A DNA stretch of 64,000 nucleotides from Balanoglossus misakiensis (GCA_040954595.2 CM082587.2:2509000-2572999); one strand, 5' to 3'; positions 1 through 14,800 are shown, numbered from the stretch's first letter. Notes: generated by a model not told the origin, from the letters alone. Made by a program: numbers and translations.

Positions 1-470
1 GAGATTGTTAACTTGTACGCCTTCAGAGTTTAATACCGCGTCCGGACTTCTTTGCCTGATTCGGCTTTCACAGAAGACGCGCACAGATAAAGCATCGCAG
101 GAATTTCATTGTGAGAGACTTTACCGACCGCAGTTCAACTGCACTCTGAGACGCAGCAAACATTTTCCATGCCTTCGGGTAAAACCATACAAAAAACCTT
201 CCGGGAACACTAGTACGTTATCAGACAATCGAATTCGCCGCCGGTTCGTCGACATAAACAGAAACGGTCTCTGGTGACTGCGAATAGACAGTCATCACCG
301 ATGCTATCCGTGAACGAAACGCACAAATACGGTCCCGCTTAATCACGCGAAGCTAACTTCGAAGGCGGCCATACCCGCCTACAGCTCCGGCGATTTGTCG
401 TCCTCAGCACGATTCCGAGCGAAATAGCCCGTGAGGTCAGAGAAAAGTTTGAGCATCAGTCTCGGGTATA

Positions 471-3400
471 ATGGAGAGATACATCGGAGTATCCATCGTT
501 ACCTTTGTTTGGATGATGTCGTCTTTTTTGGGTGAGTAACTCATGTGTACATGGAGTTTGTTTTATGCAATTGTCTATCTAGCGCCGAACCCAAGGTTTC
601 TTCCAAGCTCATTACACCCCAATGCATACTGTCCCAGAGCATAGTTACGTACGGTTGTTGTATATGGATTACCATGGCCAACTGAGATATATTCATTGAC
701 AAAGAACCATTGGCGTTGCCAGTCATTAAAGAGGCGAGGATATTTTAGTCAATACGGTATGGTTTCACGATTCCTTTCAAATTTTAATTTTGATCATTCA
801 ATGTCAGGAATCAAAGAAGAAACCCCGGCCATTCTCTACCCTGTCCCACTAACAGAAAACATAGAAAAACACACATATGTCGCATGGTAATTTGTCGTAG
901 GCTATCCGGAGATTATTCTCTGTTTAATATCACCTGAGAATCTTCAAATGACAGCAACAGAACATGTGGCCACCGCATGCGGAGATCTTGTCCAATTTGC
1001 CAGAAGTGAATTAGACGCAGGATGTCACGGCCGCTCGTTAACAACGAAACCGACCCTCTGACATTAAACTACGGTAGTCAAAGGACATGCTGTGTTTCTC
1101 ATTTAAAATACACTGCCAGGCGGTTTTTGTCAGCCAGGCAGATTTAAATGTCATATTTTTATTATCTAATATATGGTACTTTTTTTTTTCATTTTTGCAT
1201 GTTTTCCGCGATTTACAATATGCAAAGAAAAAACACCAAATGTAATGATCACCAAAACTGACCCTAGGTTTGCTTTAGAAATTCGCACATAGCTAGTTAA
1301 AGTACGGTGTTGTTTTGCACAGAATAGCACTACATTATTAGTGAGCAGCAGCTTCCACCTCCGGCTTGAAATGCAAGAATGTTTTCCAACGGCAGATATG
1401 TCACAGTAATTGAATTTGTTCTTTTTTCCCAATGGGGACGTAGTGCTTTTTTGTACTTGTGTGTCTTTGGGTATGAATATGATCCCATACCCGGAATGGC
1501 GTGGCACTCTGCATGTCAACATTTGTGATACAAACATTTATTTTTTGGCGAAATGCTTTTTTTCGATCAGGAAGCCAAAGATGGACAACACAGCCACGGG
1601 GGTTAGTGTGATATGTTGAGTCAAAGACAATAATGAATGTAGACAGATCGTTAAAATCCAAATGCTATATGCTCATCAAAAAAGCCATGTTGAGTGCGCC
1701 TTATAGGCACATTGTTGTCGTTGACATTCTCAGCACGTTTCTTTGGACGTCCTTGGCCTTGGGTATTGGAGAAAATAACCGTATATAGGCCTACATAGTT
1801 ATTGTACTTCAACCATAACCAGACCCCTGTCCAGATCACAGAACGTCCAATTCATAATCATTATTCCCGATGACGCGTTTTATTTCACTGGAAATTACAA
1901 TAGTGTGCTTACATACGGTCGCTTGGATTTGTGGTGTCGCTGTTTTGAGCCTTGTTCTGTATAGGCATACAATTCAGCCCTGGAAAGTGGAAATCATCAG
2001 AGGTCACGACAAAAGTGTAAACAAATCACAGACTTTCTTAGCTAAGGGCGTTTATACATTAACAATTGTATATCCTTTTGAACGTCATTGAAGGAGATTA
2101 TCCCCTCTTAGAAACCATCCTCTTCCTCCTTAAAAGACGGCTGCTTCAGACTCTTGCAGCGTTAACAAAAGTCTTTATTAAAGAATGGCGTGTGAAGCCG
2201 GATATCTTGACGTGTCTGTACATAATCACGGATGAAGATACTTGAAGGTTTCTTCAGTGGGCGAAGAACACGATACCGACATCTATTAATGAGAAATTGG
2301 AGAACTATTTTTTCTCAAAATGGGTTGAATCTGCAGATAGGGATTAAAGTGTTTTGCAATCAGCAAATGGAGACGTCCGTTCCTCCCTATTCCCTATCCC
2401 GATTTAATCACTTAGGAAAAGATGACTGTTAAGTATAACTGGTTGTGACATTTACGTAGGGAATTACAAAGGAAATGCACTCTGGTATCGGCTTCATCCC
2501 GATTGGAAACCCTACTCCGACTCCATAGGGTTTTGTCTAAATTGATAGTATATTGCTGTATCTCATCTACACTGAGACCTATTATGGATACAATTCTGTA
2601 ATGTGGGACGTTTAAAAAACAAATGTCAGGGTAAGGATCGTAAGTAAACCTCATACTCCGGTCGTATAGAGTTCACTTGTAGATCAAACTGTCAACTCCC
2701 CGAACTTTAACTTAAGGTAGCTTTTGAGGTTTGTAACAACAAGGTTTGATCTCTCTGATGCGTTCTTGCAGATTCCGGAGCAGCCGCGCGGCATACCATT
2801 CCACCACCAACAACAGAAGGTGACGAGACCGTCACATCTGCTGCGGCAGTCACGGCAAACACGTCGCCCTTTCTTGGAATCGTCGAACAAGCAACCTCTT
2901 GGCAGACTCTCTCCTTGACCTCAAGAACCCAAACCCCTGTGACAAGAAGCGTCACTCGCCAAGAAACAAAATCATTCTTGTCGACACAAACATCAGTGGT
3001 GGAAAGAACTGTTCAGACATCAATAGCAGCTGAAAGTACACACTCCACTCCTTCATCACCTCGATGGACAGATTCAACGACATATTATTCAGAAGAGATC
3101 TCGGGACAGTACTCACCATCAAGCAATACTACACTGCCAAACATAGGTAAAGATATACATTATATGTTGTTTGAAATAGGTTCAAACCCTTTAGAACTAA
3201 GTGCATAGCCCCCCCCCCCGAATTTTGCTCTGATAATAATCACACAACACATCGACTATTCTTATTCTCGAGTATATACACATTACACGTGCAGATTTCA
3301 TTCTTTGTTGGAGTAAACTGAACTTTACCCAGATGGTCACTTTCTTTGATATGTAAATGATAGTTTCATTATGCATGTATGTGTTATGTAAGCTTGGTGG

Positions 3401-4071
3401 GGTTTTTCCGTTCTTGTGGGTGTTCAACTCGGTTCAGACTTGGTCAGTGATGTTCATCCACTACACGTGTTGGTGTCCAATAAAGTAAGTGACTGTACAG
3501 AAAACAAGCTATCGCTTCCTCTCGTTATATCATTGCACCGTACGCAATGAACTACCGCACCTCAACATTCTTCAATTTTACCGATGGTACATCCTTAAAA
3601 GAGCTTTCTATGCTTCTTTTTTGCAGTCGATGCCTGGGCCAACGCCCCTAAACCCGACTTTACCATTATCCGTGTGAGTGTCATCATGGTGATGGTTGGG
3701 ACGCCGTTGTTGACCTTCTTGGTTTTGGGAGTCTGTCGAGTGCGAGTTATATTGGTCACTAAGCATCATTGCGAAAACATTCGGAAGTCAGCGCAGTATG
3801 GGTAAGACCAACACTTGCGTCACTCTACATTCGCTGTTGAAATATCGAAGGATCTGATTGGACCATGGTTGTTGTGTATAAATGTTCCCATTTCTCTCTT
3901 CAGATTGTCAACAATCACATTGGCGTCAGAGGTTTCATCGGAAGCGAATATCGGCCCACATGATCGCCCGGACACTACTGTTTCTCAAACACCAAAACGT
4001 CAAACTAACAGTGGACGCGAGAAGCAGGACTCGAACGACGGTGAAATTTCCGAAAGGAGAGAATATGTAAG

Positions 4072-4106
<35 letters not shown>

Positions 4107-4235
4107 GCACACAACCACTCTGTATACGTCAAGATTTCCTTGCAAGCAGAACATTATTGACTGACTCTCTTTTTTCTCTCTCTCTCGTTGCAGCTTGAAG
4201 TTCAAATATAATAATGACGTCACTCGATTCAAATA
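471..4235 (+). CDS. Orphan mucin-like single-pass type-I membrane protein, paralog 1 (5 coding exons)
   Basis: Exons 471-531 (signal MERYIGVSIVTFVWMMSSFL), 2772-3146 (Ser/Thr-rich), 3627-3801 (TM segment VSVIMVMVGTPLLTFLVLGVCRVRV), 3904-4066, 4194-4235 (LEVQIYNDVTRFK*). All introns are GT-AG, phases 1,1,2,0, giving one open frame. The structure matches the paralog on the - strand. Confidence 0.8.
4072..4106. repeat. (GTCT)n microsatellite
   Basis: About 8 units immediately after the donor at 4067. Confidence 0.95.
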
Positions 4236-5936
4236 ACTGCCGAAACGTTCAAGGGACCGACTTATCCATTTCTGATAAGCAGTCCCAATGCTGCCCAGTA
4301 CTACTAACATCGTTGGATGACCATCAGAAAACTTGTCGTAAAAATCGCCAGAATACATGAATTGACTTGTCAAAAGAAGAGTCAATTCTTGACATTTCCA
4401 CATTCTACTTGAAGAATCCGTGCCTTTTCCCAGAAGATCTAGCTAATATTGACAAGTACTTTTGATGACGCGCGATCGGTAAAATTGAAAGTACGCATAT
4501 TGTCATTTTCTATAAAATTGCTGACTTTTCGAATCCCCATTTCTAGCAAAGTGCTGAGTACCTGCGCAGTTACGCGGCCGTATCGCATGGAGACCCATGT
4601 TTTTCATTCTTTGATTCGTAAATTGATAGTCGTAGTGCAATATTAATCAGATTCTTAGATTCTTATTACACGTAAGGATGGTTTTTAAATTTTTCAAGAC
4701 AGTCTAATGATGTTTTTTCTGCCTCCCAGGAAAGAAAGAAATATGTAACGACCAAATAATGTGGTGTGTGATCGAATAACGCGTGTATCACCTTACACGG
4801 AATCCGTATATGTTGTCTGTGTCGCCGTTTACGCTCATTGAAACCTCATTCCGATTTTACCCTTTGTTGTAATTTGGGGAACTTATACGTCATATTCACG
4901 TGCAAATGGTGTTTATTTCAGTTCAATGTCTTACAAAATAATGCACGAACGATGGGTGTATTGTAGACACCAGTAAATAATTTCGACACCAGACACGTAA
5001 AGGTTTTGAAAGTATTTAATTATTGATGTACAACATTAACGTTCAGATTGGATCATGGCGATATCATCTATTCTGACGGCATTGATGACATTCTATATGC
5101 ATTGCTGTTTAAATCGGACTGATTTGCTTCAAGGAAGATAATACGACGAAAACAGCACGCGAAAACATGCAGATAGCAAGCTGGGCTAACTGAAGCGAAT
5201 GTGTCTGTCTCTCAGCGCATCAGCTGTCTCCAATTTTTTTTCAAAGCTATGGTTCATTAACTGCTGCGCTCATGCTATCGCGTACAAAAGTATATATTGA
5301 TTGGAAGTACCTTGTGGTGAGTACTCGGTGTGAGCGAGCCCACCTGGTACCCATATCTCCCAATGTAGTCAAATCTATCCGTCGATTAATCTAATTTGTA
5401 CGGGAAAAAATAATCGCCAGAAAAGATCGTGAAATCAAATCACCTCCTGGTTGAATTACCTTTGTTAGTTTTCAGTGCTCGTATTCAGTGGAAAAGTTAA
5501 CTATTTATTTGAAATTTTACTTTTTAAATTACTGTAGAAAATCATTCACGTGCACCCCAGGCGCGGGTATGGTTTGTCTAGTAAGTGTAGAGATTAGTAC
5601 AATGATCGTGAAATTCAAATACTCTGATGGAACATCAATATACAACTGCTGGGAGGAATTGACAGAAATTTCTCATTAGCAAAGTACTCGTAAGCACTCT
5701 CTAATAAGCCGTTTCACGCTCTCGATGTGTGTGCTGTTCATTCTTCTGCATAGTCGTTCGCTGTATGTTAAGATGTGGCAGACACATCATATTTCTTAAC
5801 ATTTTAACATGATATTCAACACTTTTTTCACAACAATGTCGATGAAGTATCCATGCTTCATGTCATCATTTCGACGAGAATGGCAAAGGCTGACAGGTCG
5901 ATTCTTTGAATCTTCAGTGCAGCTACGAGTAACGTT

Positions 5937-8900
5937 CTACGTCCGCAAGTCTTCCTGGACGTCAATCTAAATAAATAAAGTAGTGTCACAAAATGTTGGC
6001 AAAGGCAATAATTAGGCCTACAGTTAATTCATCATAAAAATGGTATACGGTATATACCTCAATCTTTTAATATGGTACAGAAGGATGTTCAGGTTAGATG
6101 TGAAGACATAAAAGTGAGACCGTGCTAGTTTGATCGTAAATATTATTGCCTCTTCGATAATGAAGTCACTTACACTGGAGACGGGCGGCGGAAGTGCCGA
6201 TGGTGGTAACAGTGTGTTTCCGTACGTCTGGCAATGTCGTGGAGACGAGCGTGGTGCCAGTGTTGACGCCGAGGTAGCCAGGGAAATCGTCGATAACCTT
6301 TAGAAGTAAAACACGTGGTGAATTATACCGGAAACGTATTGAGTGTTTCCATTCGAGGCAAGAAATCGCTTCAATAATGCGCGCAGTACGCCGCAGTACT
6401 TGTCGCATCGCCGTTGACAACGAGACCTTTAAAATCAAATGTCCCTGCATTGGCCTGAAAATATGCTTGAAAAAGGACTGAAGAAGATACAGTGACAGTG
6501 CGTGCGGGCGCTCGTTGATTGCATGCACCCATTAAGCGCCCACACTCATCGCACCCATAAATGCAAGCAAAAATCTTACCCTAAATTTCCCAGCTTTTGC
6601 ATTTGGTCGTAGCGACGCCTTGTGATGATTTTGACTCGGATGCGACAGACGATAAATACGGCAAACGTCAGGAGCGGTATTCCTAGAGTGACTACGATGA
6701 CTGCAGCATGAATGTGTGACCAGTCGGGAGGGGGCACGTCAGATGAGGGATGGGGGTCTGTGTAGGAGACATCTAGTGCTAAGTAATAACACGATTCACA
6801 CGATTCCAGTATTTCGAACGTGTGTGGTGGTATGGAAGACGAGTGATCCCACGTGTACACTAGGCAATTTAGCGGCCATACCGGCAGGCGAGTAAGAGAT
6901 CACGAATGCATGTATCAGTTTTGCATAAGCTCATAATATATTTAAGGTTTGCCCCCACTAAATAAATTTAAGTGCAAATCTTACCATCATGAGTTGAGGT
7001 ACTTCTCGCTGTTCGCTGGAGTTCTGTTTGATAATTTTCTGTATCCACTGTCAATGGATTAACATTGTTTGTCTGCGACTGTGAACTTCTCGACGAAATC
7101 GTGGCACCCTCTGTCACAGTTACGTCATCCTCCCTCGCCGTGCTGTAATACGCCCTTGGCGAAACGTGCGGGACTCGTGGCGTTGTAGACGCCGATGGAT
7201 TTGAGGTGACGGGTTTGATTCCATTTGGTACACGCGTCGTCGCTGAGCCGACTGGTGATATCGAAGTGCCACCACCGAGGGTTGACCATTGTAACGGAGA
7301 ATACGATGCATTCTCCGTGGTCGTGTTTGAAGTGCCGATAGTTGCAGTCTGTGGTCCTGTACCAGCGGCCTCTGTAATTGCATTGATAAATACATGCATC
7401 ATTATCAACCATATGACCATCACCATGCTCATTCGTATTATTCATGCTCGTTCTTAACGATGCCAATAAGAATGCCAAAGATCTGCATTATACGTGACCA
7501 AGTTTAATCTCTTCCGAGTCAGATTGGAATGGAAGCTTAAGTTTAAAGTGCAAAGGTGGACAGGGCAGCTTATAATGAACGTGCTCTGCAAAAGACTAGG
7601 TGCGCTGTTAGAAAACACGATTTAGGGGTTTGACTATTGGAACACAGGAAATTACCAGCAGTGCTGGTGAGTAGATTCTGAACTCCCAACCCGCGACAGG
7701 AAAGCCTACAAAGCGAAGCTCCAAGCAAAACTGTCACATGCACCTGGCAATCGGAAGAAGTATTTTGCAGATATTTGATAGAGTAACTCGTTCGCCCAGA
7801 CAGTCTCTTCAGTTCAGGAACAAACCTCTGCCTGACAACGCACACCAATAATGACAGAGATACATTGAATGCGAGAGCACTTTTATAATGATTAAAAGCG
7901 TATCAATTTAAATCGATGCGGATATTTCTTTTGCTACTGGGTTTTGTGAACATAAGTTCACGTGATACTAAACTGGTGTTGAGTAAATGTACATCCCATG
8001 AGATATGAAATGGAAATTTGCACCGATTACTATGTTTGAAATTCTGACTCCGATAGGATAGGAATCTTGCAGTGCGAGAGACATGGAGGTTATATCAGTT
8101 ACAAAGAGTTGTGTCGATGTGTGAGAACATTCTCAATGGATTCCCTTCAGGCCAGTGGATGCATGCCATTCTGTAATGAATTCATTTGCTTCAGTTTTGA
8201 GCAGAACATGGCTAGCCCCCTTTTGAGCTGAGATTGCAAGATATTTATCTCTGGACGTCATGGCAACATCGAGATTTCTTTGGGTGTATTCCACAGGTTT
8301 AATACCTACTGGCAAACACAAACAGGCACGCGTTTGTTGATCATCACGTACATGAAAGTAGGCTTTTCTGATCATTTTATCGTTGAGTGAAGCTGTAATC
8401 TTTACAGTATACCGACAAAAGATTCCATTAAAATCGTTTCATGTACTCCTGTTTATGATGTTCGCATTCGTGGGGATTCTCTTACAGTATTGTTGCATAA
8501 TCTAAGTATCGACTTCTAGACCATACTTAATAATACAGTTCCAAAGTAATATAAGTAATGTAGCTTGTGTTTTCTGTAGCGTGCAAAATGGTAATTCCCT
8601 GGTCACGTGCGTTGGCTCTCATAACAATTCCTATTACCAAATTAGATGAATGTGGGGATTTCGTTACAAGTCTCCAATGCTAACCTTTAATCGGCCTAAA
8701 CGGAGACAAACAACGGATCCGGCTTTTGCAATGCTAGAGGCTTTAATGATTATTCGTGTGCCATGTTCTCTTGCAAAGACCCTGAACTATAAACTAGTTT
8801 CAGATTGTTTCGAAACAACCATAGGTTATGCGGACGAGAGATATTCTTAGTTTTTCAAGTAAACTAGCATAAACATAACGCGCACTTCTGGTTCTACACA

Positions 8901-9208
8901 ATTTGATAGCAAAATGATATAATAGAATTCGCGGAAAGAGGTTTCTATAAATATGAAGCCCGTTGAACGAAATGTCAATATTTGAATCACAATAGTGACC
9001 GCGTGGCGCAGCTGATATTACAGGGGTTCTACATACCACCTGGCGATTTAGTGCTGGGAGCTCATTTTGTGCACGTGGGAGGTAGGCCTAGGTCTTTCAA
9101 ACCCGGGGATCTTCGACCTTACTCTTACACAATAAATCCGTCCTTACCTGGTAATGGAGGATTTATCCAGAACAGTAAGAGCCACGATAACATGGCGTGC
9201 TTCTTCAT
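5937..9208 (-). CDS. Orphan mucin-like single-pass type-I membrane protein, paralog 2 (5 coding exons)
   Basis: Exons 9208-9148 (signal MKKHAMLSWLLLFWINPPLP, 61 nt as in paralog 1), 7371-6985 (Ser/Thr-rich), 6772-6580 (TM segment AAVIVVTLGIPLLTFAVFIVCRIRV), 6297-6174 (GLSTISLA...), 5966-5937 (IDVQEDLRT*). Phases 1,1,2,0. Confidence 0.8.
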
Positions 9209-10634
9209 GTCCAGGCAGCCGTTCCTGCTCATTCGTTAATGGAAAATCGCCGGCAAACGTTAACGCGTTTTTAATCGGAGACGTCGTAGATGAAGATGAC
9301 TGACGATAAAGGAAGCCTTTTTTAAATGTGTCGTTTTCTTCGAGGCGATTAATTGCTGCTCCATTCACTATCAACTGGACCTTTCAGAGCTGTGGCAGCA
9401 TTCTAATCTCCAAACGACTTCATTTGTGTTAGCTTCCCTGGGATCTTACTCAAGGTTATCTTCGCGCTAGTTTTCTTGGACTGCAACAAAAAACCTCTCA
9501 AGAGATGCGAATGGTCTTCTCTAATCGGGGAAATTATAATCCAAAATGTAATCACGCTTCTGTGAAATCATTTCCTGCAATCTCGTCTTCGTTATATTCC
9601 CCCGTATGGTGTACCTGGGCGGCCGAGTGCTGAGTCTGGATTACCGCTGCTTCTCAACTAAGGCTTCGCAATATTAAGGATCTCCGCCAATAAATAGCTT
9701 TGTTGCCTGCAGTCCGGACGACGCTGGATCTGTTGTGGGGGAAGTAGATGTTGCCCAATGCATAACATGTTGGCGAAATGGCCGCTTCCTGCAGCACTCG
9801 CATGGATGGCTCTGATGAATATACTCCTCTTATTCGTATATGGCTATGTATAGTCATGGAATGTTTTGCAATTGGGCGCGCGGTGCTCTTTTGAGATAAT
9901 GGGGTCCATTGCCTTCGGGCGATGATCAGATGACGATAATCCCATGTCCCCGAGCCTGTAAATTACCCTGGAGATGGAGATGCACAGATGCAAATTAGAC
10001 TGCCAAACGTCCAATACCCACGCATCGCGACGGGGTCGGTCGTGAACATTCATGTTCAAAATAAATTGTCACGTTCTGACGAGACACATCGACGAATTAG
10101 ATTTTAGCCGTAAAATCTCCAACAGGAGAAGAAACCCAATGTCACAATGATGCAGAATCAAGAAAAGTCATCCCCAAGTCTGTACCACTCCCGTCGATTT
10201 TTCGAAGGTACTCTGCATTATACCTCGTTGCAAGAATAAGCCACGTCTTTCTGGGGCTATCGAACGTTTTAAGAGGATTATTCGCAGGAACGAGCTGCAC
10301 CCGGACAACGTAGTGATTGGAAGGCATTATTGTTCCATTAAAAAGGCAAATCTCCGTCGACATGCGCCGGTCGTAAGTTTAAGCTCCCTGACATAAACCC
10401 CGGGCAATAATACAGGGGCTTACAATCCCCTCACAGGGGAGTTGCAGTGCCCACGGAAATTAACTATAAACGTAACAGACAGAGGGCACGCCACTTTGTG
10501 CACTTCCCATAAAATAATCATGACATGTGTCTCGCTTTATTAGAAAGTTTCTGCCTTGTAAAGATATAGGCCTACCTTGAATCCAACGGACTAAAAGTAC
10601 AGTGTCCAGGTTATTTCTAGAGGCTGTGTATCGC

Positions 10635-10736
10635 CATTCATTCATTCATTCATTCATTCATTCATTCATTCATTCATTCATTCATTCATTCATTCATTCA
10701 TTCATTCATTCATTCATTCATTCATTCATTCATTCA
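10635..10736. repeat. (CATT)n microsatellite
   Basis: About 25 perfect tetranucleotide units. Confidence 0.97.
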
Positions 10737-11859
10737 CGTCTTAAGCCTGTGAGCGTGTCATATTCAATGGATTAGATAAATTTATCCCTAATAGTGCAAA
10801 AAATTGACCTCACATTTATCTTAAATGGTCCACAACACGCTTTTCGTCGAAAGAAATTCAAGAACAGGCGTGGAATAGGATAATCTCTACTAACAAGATG
10901 CCAATGCTGCCATTACAGTAATACACGTACATTAACAGAAAGTTGCCATGTAATTTGAGGCCCATGTACAGCCATTAAATTCATTTATCGCTATAGATTC
11001 CAGCTGAAGGACAGCTCAGTGACCAGAAAATAGATTTGGCTTTTTAAAAGAAAAAAAACTCCAGATTGTCAAGAAGCCACATAATCAGATTCTCTCATGT
11101 GATTAGCATGGGCCCATGTAATCGCCAATCTGGGAAATTAATTTTCCTGTCAATCTTGCATTTCCCCGGATTCAATCAAAATCAAACTTTTGTCCGCAGG
11201 AAACACGTTGTGCTCTGCCCTGTCGGTAGGATACACTTCGGCTCTGTTTGTTACCTGTAAAGTTGGTGAGCTTTAAAAAATAATAGCTGCAGGAAAATTC
11301 CAAGTACGTGGACACAAAGATCATGGCCATTTAATTTTCCGTAGACTGATACAAAAAACAACTCAAAACCAATACATTTAAATAAATTGAAAGTTTTAAT
11401 GACATTCAGTATAAACACATACATACATTCATGAGTTCTTCTAACATTTAAACATGAAATGGGCTCATTTAACAAAATACAGTGACCACTTCTCTGGTAC
11501 ATTTCATTAGACTGCAAATCACACATGATCAGTTGCCTTTCTACTGTCAGCCTTTCAGACACCAATTTTATTTCAACTATCTAAACCTACTTGGACCTTC
11601 ACTTTTGCAAAAACTATATTGGTTATCATAATTAAAACTGATGCACTTCAAAAATGATTTTTATGAACAAATAGTCCTGATGTTAAAGTACATGTAAGCT
11701 GAGCGAATTTAGAATAAACAACATTGCGAAGTTCAAAAAAATTAAGGAATTTGAGGGTTAGATAAATTTTTTATTCATGTGTTTGTAATTATCGATTCAC
11801 AATGTACTCTTTTCATTTTATTGATTGGCAGTGAAGTTAGTATCACATGATTAATCAAC

Positions 11860-14800
11860 TCAAAAAGTTAGACCATCTACCAAAACAGAGTTCCGTCCAT
11901 TTTTATCAAAGCACTTGGTGATCTCAGAGAGCACACCACGAAGTCGCCGATCTAGGGATTCGTAATGTAACTCATTGATGACCGGGCTGACAGGATCATG
12001 TGACAGAGCTTGTCGCAACAGTTCACTGAGTTGTCCATTGGTTTCGCTTTGTAGTTTCTGAAATGTTGACTTCCTGAGTCTGTTAAAAAAGAAAACACAA
12101 CAGAAAGATCTTACCAAAGAGGTTGAGAATAAGTGCTGAGACTGAAGTGAACGAAACTCCATGGCAATAACAGGAGGGGTTGTGATTTTGGGTTATAGTC
12201 ATCATCAAATAATCTCAAAAAGAAGAAAATTTAGACTCACTTGCAACACTGGTACAATGGAGCCAGTATGCTTCTTTCATCATGGAATGGATTTCCAAAA
12301 CTGTAAATAGGAGAAAAAAAGTATTAAAATGCTACAAGGCATTTTCAAATTTGTTTGAACTTTTGACCACATGAAAATGTTTAATACCTTTTAGCATTGT
12401 CTAAGTTAAGTAGCATGCCCTCATTGCCGTCTTGTTGAAATGTTTCATAGTGATGTCTGTCTGCGTTGCCAATGATGTAATCCATGATGCACGTGTCTAT
12501 AATATCCAGGAGACGTGGTCCTGCATTGTATGGAACTTTCTGTCCAACATCCTGGCAATACGTTTGGTCATATTCCCACCTGAGGACAAAGAGAAATCTT
12601 GAATTTTTGTGGCAATCTGAGTCAGTCTCTTGATGATGACAAGTTGGGGGTAAGGGGTGCTGACAGGGTGATGAAACACGACTGAGGGGGCGCTATATCA
12701 CAACAAGCAAGCTGACAACTTGACGCATTAGTTCGACATCACCATCCACACTTCACTCACTTTGCCTTCTTCCCGTCTTTGTAAGTACGTGACCAAGGGT
12801 GCTTCCATTTCTGTAACGGCCAGGAGTCCGGCATCCAAAGCGTGACAGATCCCTCCATATATGCGCCTTTGCCACAGGCTGGCTCATTTTTATTACAGTA
12901 GTAGCACTCGCCATAAAAACAATCATTGTGATCTGAAAATGAAGTAAAAAAAAGCTGAAATTTCTCTCTCACTTTCTTTTGAAATCCCAGTAAATTGTTT
13001 GATTAACTGTTGACTGTTTCCTTTCACAAGAAATGCATACGTATTCACAGCAGTTGTTTAAGTACATGTATGTAGATTTGTGATAAATGAATTACATTTG
13101 CATACGACACATAAATGAGATGTGATATGCAAATAAGCTGAGACAATCTTTGGGATATCATTAGCATGTTATCATGGCTGTCATTACCTGAATCTACAAA
13201 AAATGTCTTCTTTAATTTTTCTGACGCAACTGGAAGGATTTCTGTTTGTAAATTCACTATGCGACCAACCACCAAGGGAGCTCTTCTAAAGCTGAGTATT
13301 CTGCAACAGAAATGAAGACACAGATCAGGTATATGGTTTTTGTGGTTGATTTCACATGCATACAACAGCCTCAGTGTTCAAACCCACATTCAGATACATG
13401 ACATACAATCTGGACATTTTCTGGAGTCCCAGAATTATTTAACCCCTCAACATCACATTGTATTGGCATCAAAAGCATGTGCCTGTGGAATCTTAGATAA
13501 GAAAAAATGTGCACATGCAAGTTCATGTCAAAAAGGCATGATTTATGTAAATGGGAAAAACATGCGTCAAAAGCAATCATTAAATATCTTGCAAACATGG
13601 TGAAAAAATTCTCTCTGGTGGCAATTTAAGAATGCGATAACAGTACTTCACTCTTATCATTTGAAACAACCAAGAAAGTTGATCTCTATAGTCTCAGGAC
13701 TTTGAGATACATGTAAGCTGTACTTCAATTTGTCAGATACAATTGGTATTTAGATCACTGGGCGACAGGTCACTGAGAAATGTAAGTGGAATTTTATCTA
13801 TGCCGACTTGAATATTCCATTGATTACTATGTACAAGAATGTCTGCATGTGAAATGCTTGTTCATCCCGCAGATAATGAACATCATACTCAGGCTCTTAC
13901 AGTACTATACTGTCAGATGCCAGACCACTATTTAAACTGCTCTGTCCCTCAGCACGAGCATGCTTGGTGTTCTCGAAAAGAAGTTTAGAATTGGCCGCAG
14001 TTTTACATGCAGCTTATTTGTTCCGGAAAATTCAATATTGACAGCAGATGGTTTTGTAAGCTCTGTTGCCATACTGTACATTTGTTGCTGGTACCTTGCT
14101 TGCCAAGTACTGTTGCAGTAGGGCTTTGGGAGATCAGAAAGGACAAAGCTTTTATTAAACATACATGACACTTTTTAATTCTCCTACATTAGCCAGCTCT
14201 GATGGAGAATTCTTTGACAACCCTGGATCATTCCAGTATTACATCACTGGAGACATCCACCATCCATTGTTTATCATGGTAGTCCAACAAAGACCTTGAA
14301 TGTGCCAGACTGTTTAAATGCTTGATTTACATCCCGGTCATTCAACCCCGGGTATAGAATTGGGGGAGGTACATCATGTATATATGTTAATGCTTTGCAA
14401 CCTTGTCATCACTGCTATACCGTATTACAATGATGGGAAATGGGGACGGTGTAATGAAGATTCCATATATTGTCAGTATCTGATACATCCCACGGCATTT
14501 GCAAATTCACTGAGATGTGAAGCCCAGCAGCCAGACCAGCAAATATGGGCTTACATGTATGCGTATGCATCACAGAAAAACATACATGGTCCTGTGCACC
14601 ATTTACATGTAAAGGGGGTAAACTTTTTGAACCATGCAGTGTTAATTGATCTCTCTCCATCAATATTTGTTGCGTGACTGCCTCGCTTCACACAAAAGTT
14701 GCCTCTGTGTGTAAAGACTGACTTTCTGCACCAGACTGCGACTCCAGGGACTGACTACACGCTCAGTTCATGAGGTTCCGTTAAAAAGTCTACTTCATCA

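Noticed and set aside
5-277. 90-aa ORF at the window start
   Set aside because: Non-ATG start and no motif. It probably lies in the 5' UTR of paralog 1 (acceptor near position 26).
5200-5680. Possible MITE-like insertions (here and at ~1100-1650)
   Set aside because: The composition is suggestive, but I could not identify terminal inverted repeats, TSDs or a second copy in the window.
6166-6528. 120-aa ORF-track translation
   Set aside because: Wrong frame. The spliced exon 6297-6174 reads GLSTISLA..., supported by the paralog.
9144-10059. ORFs 9144-9374, 9654-9857 and 9844-10059 (-) as a separate gene
   Set aside because: No recognisable homology. Better explained as 5' UTR/upstream sequence of paralog 2, whose signal exon (9208-9148) is in another frame.
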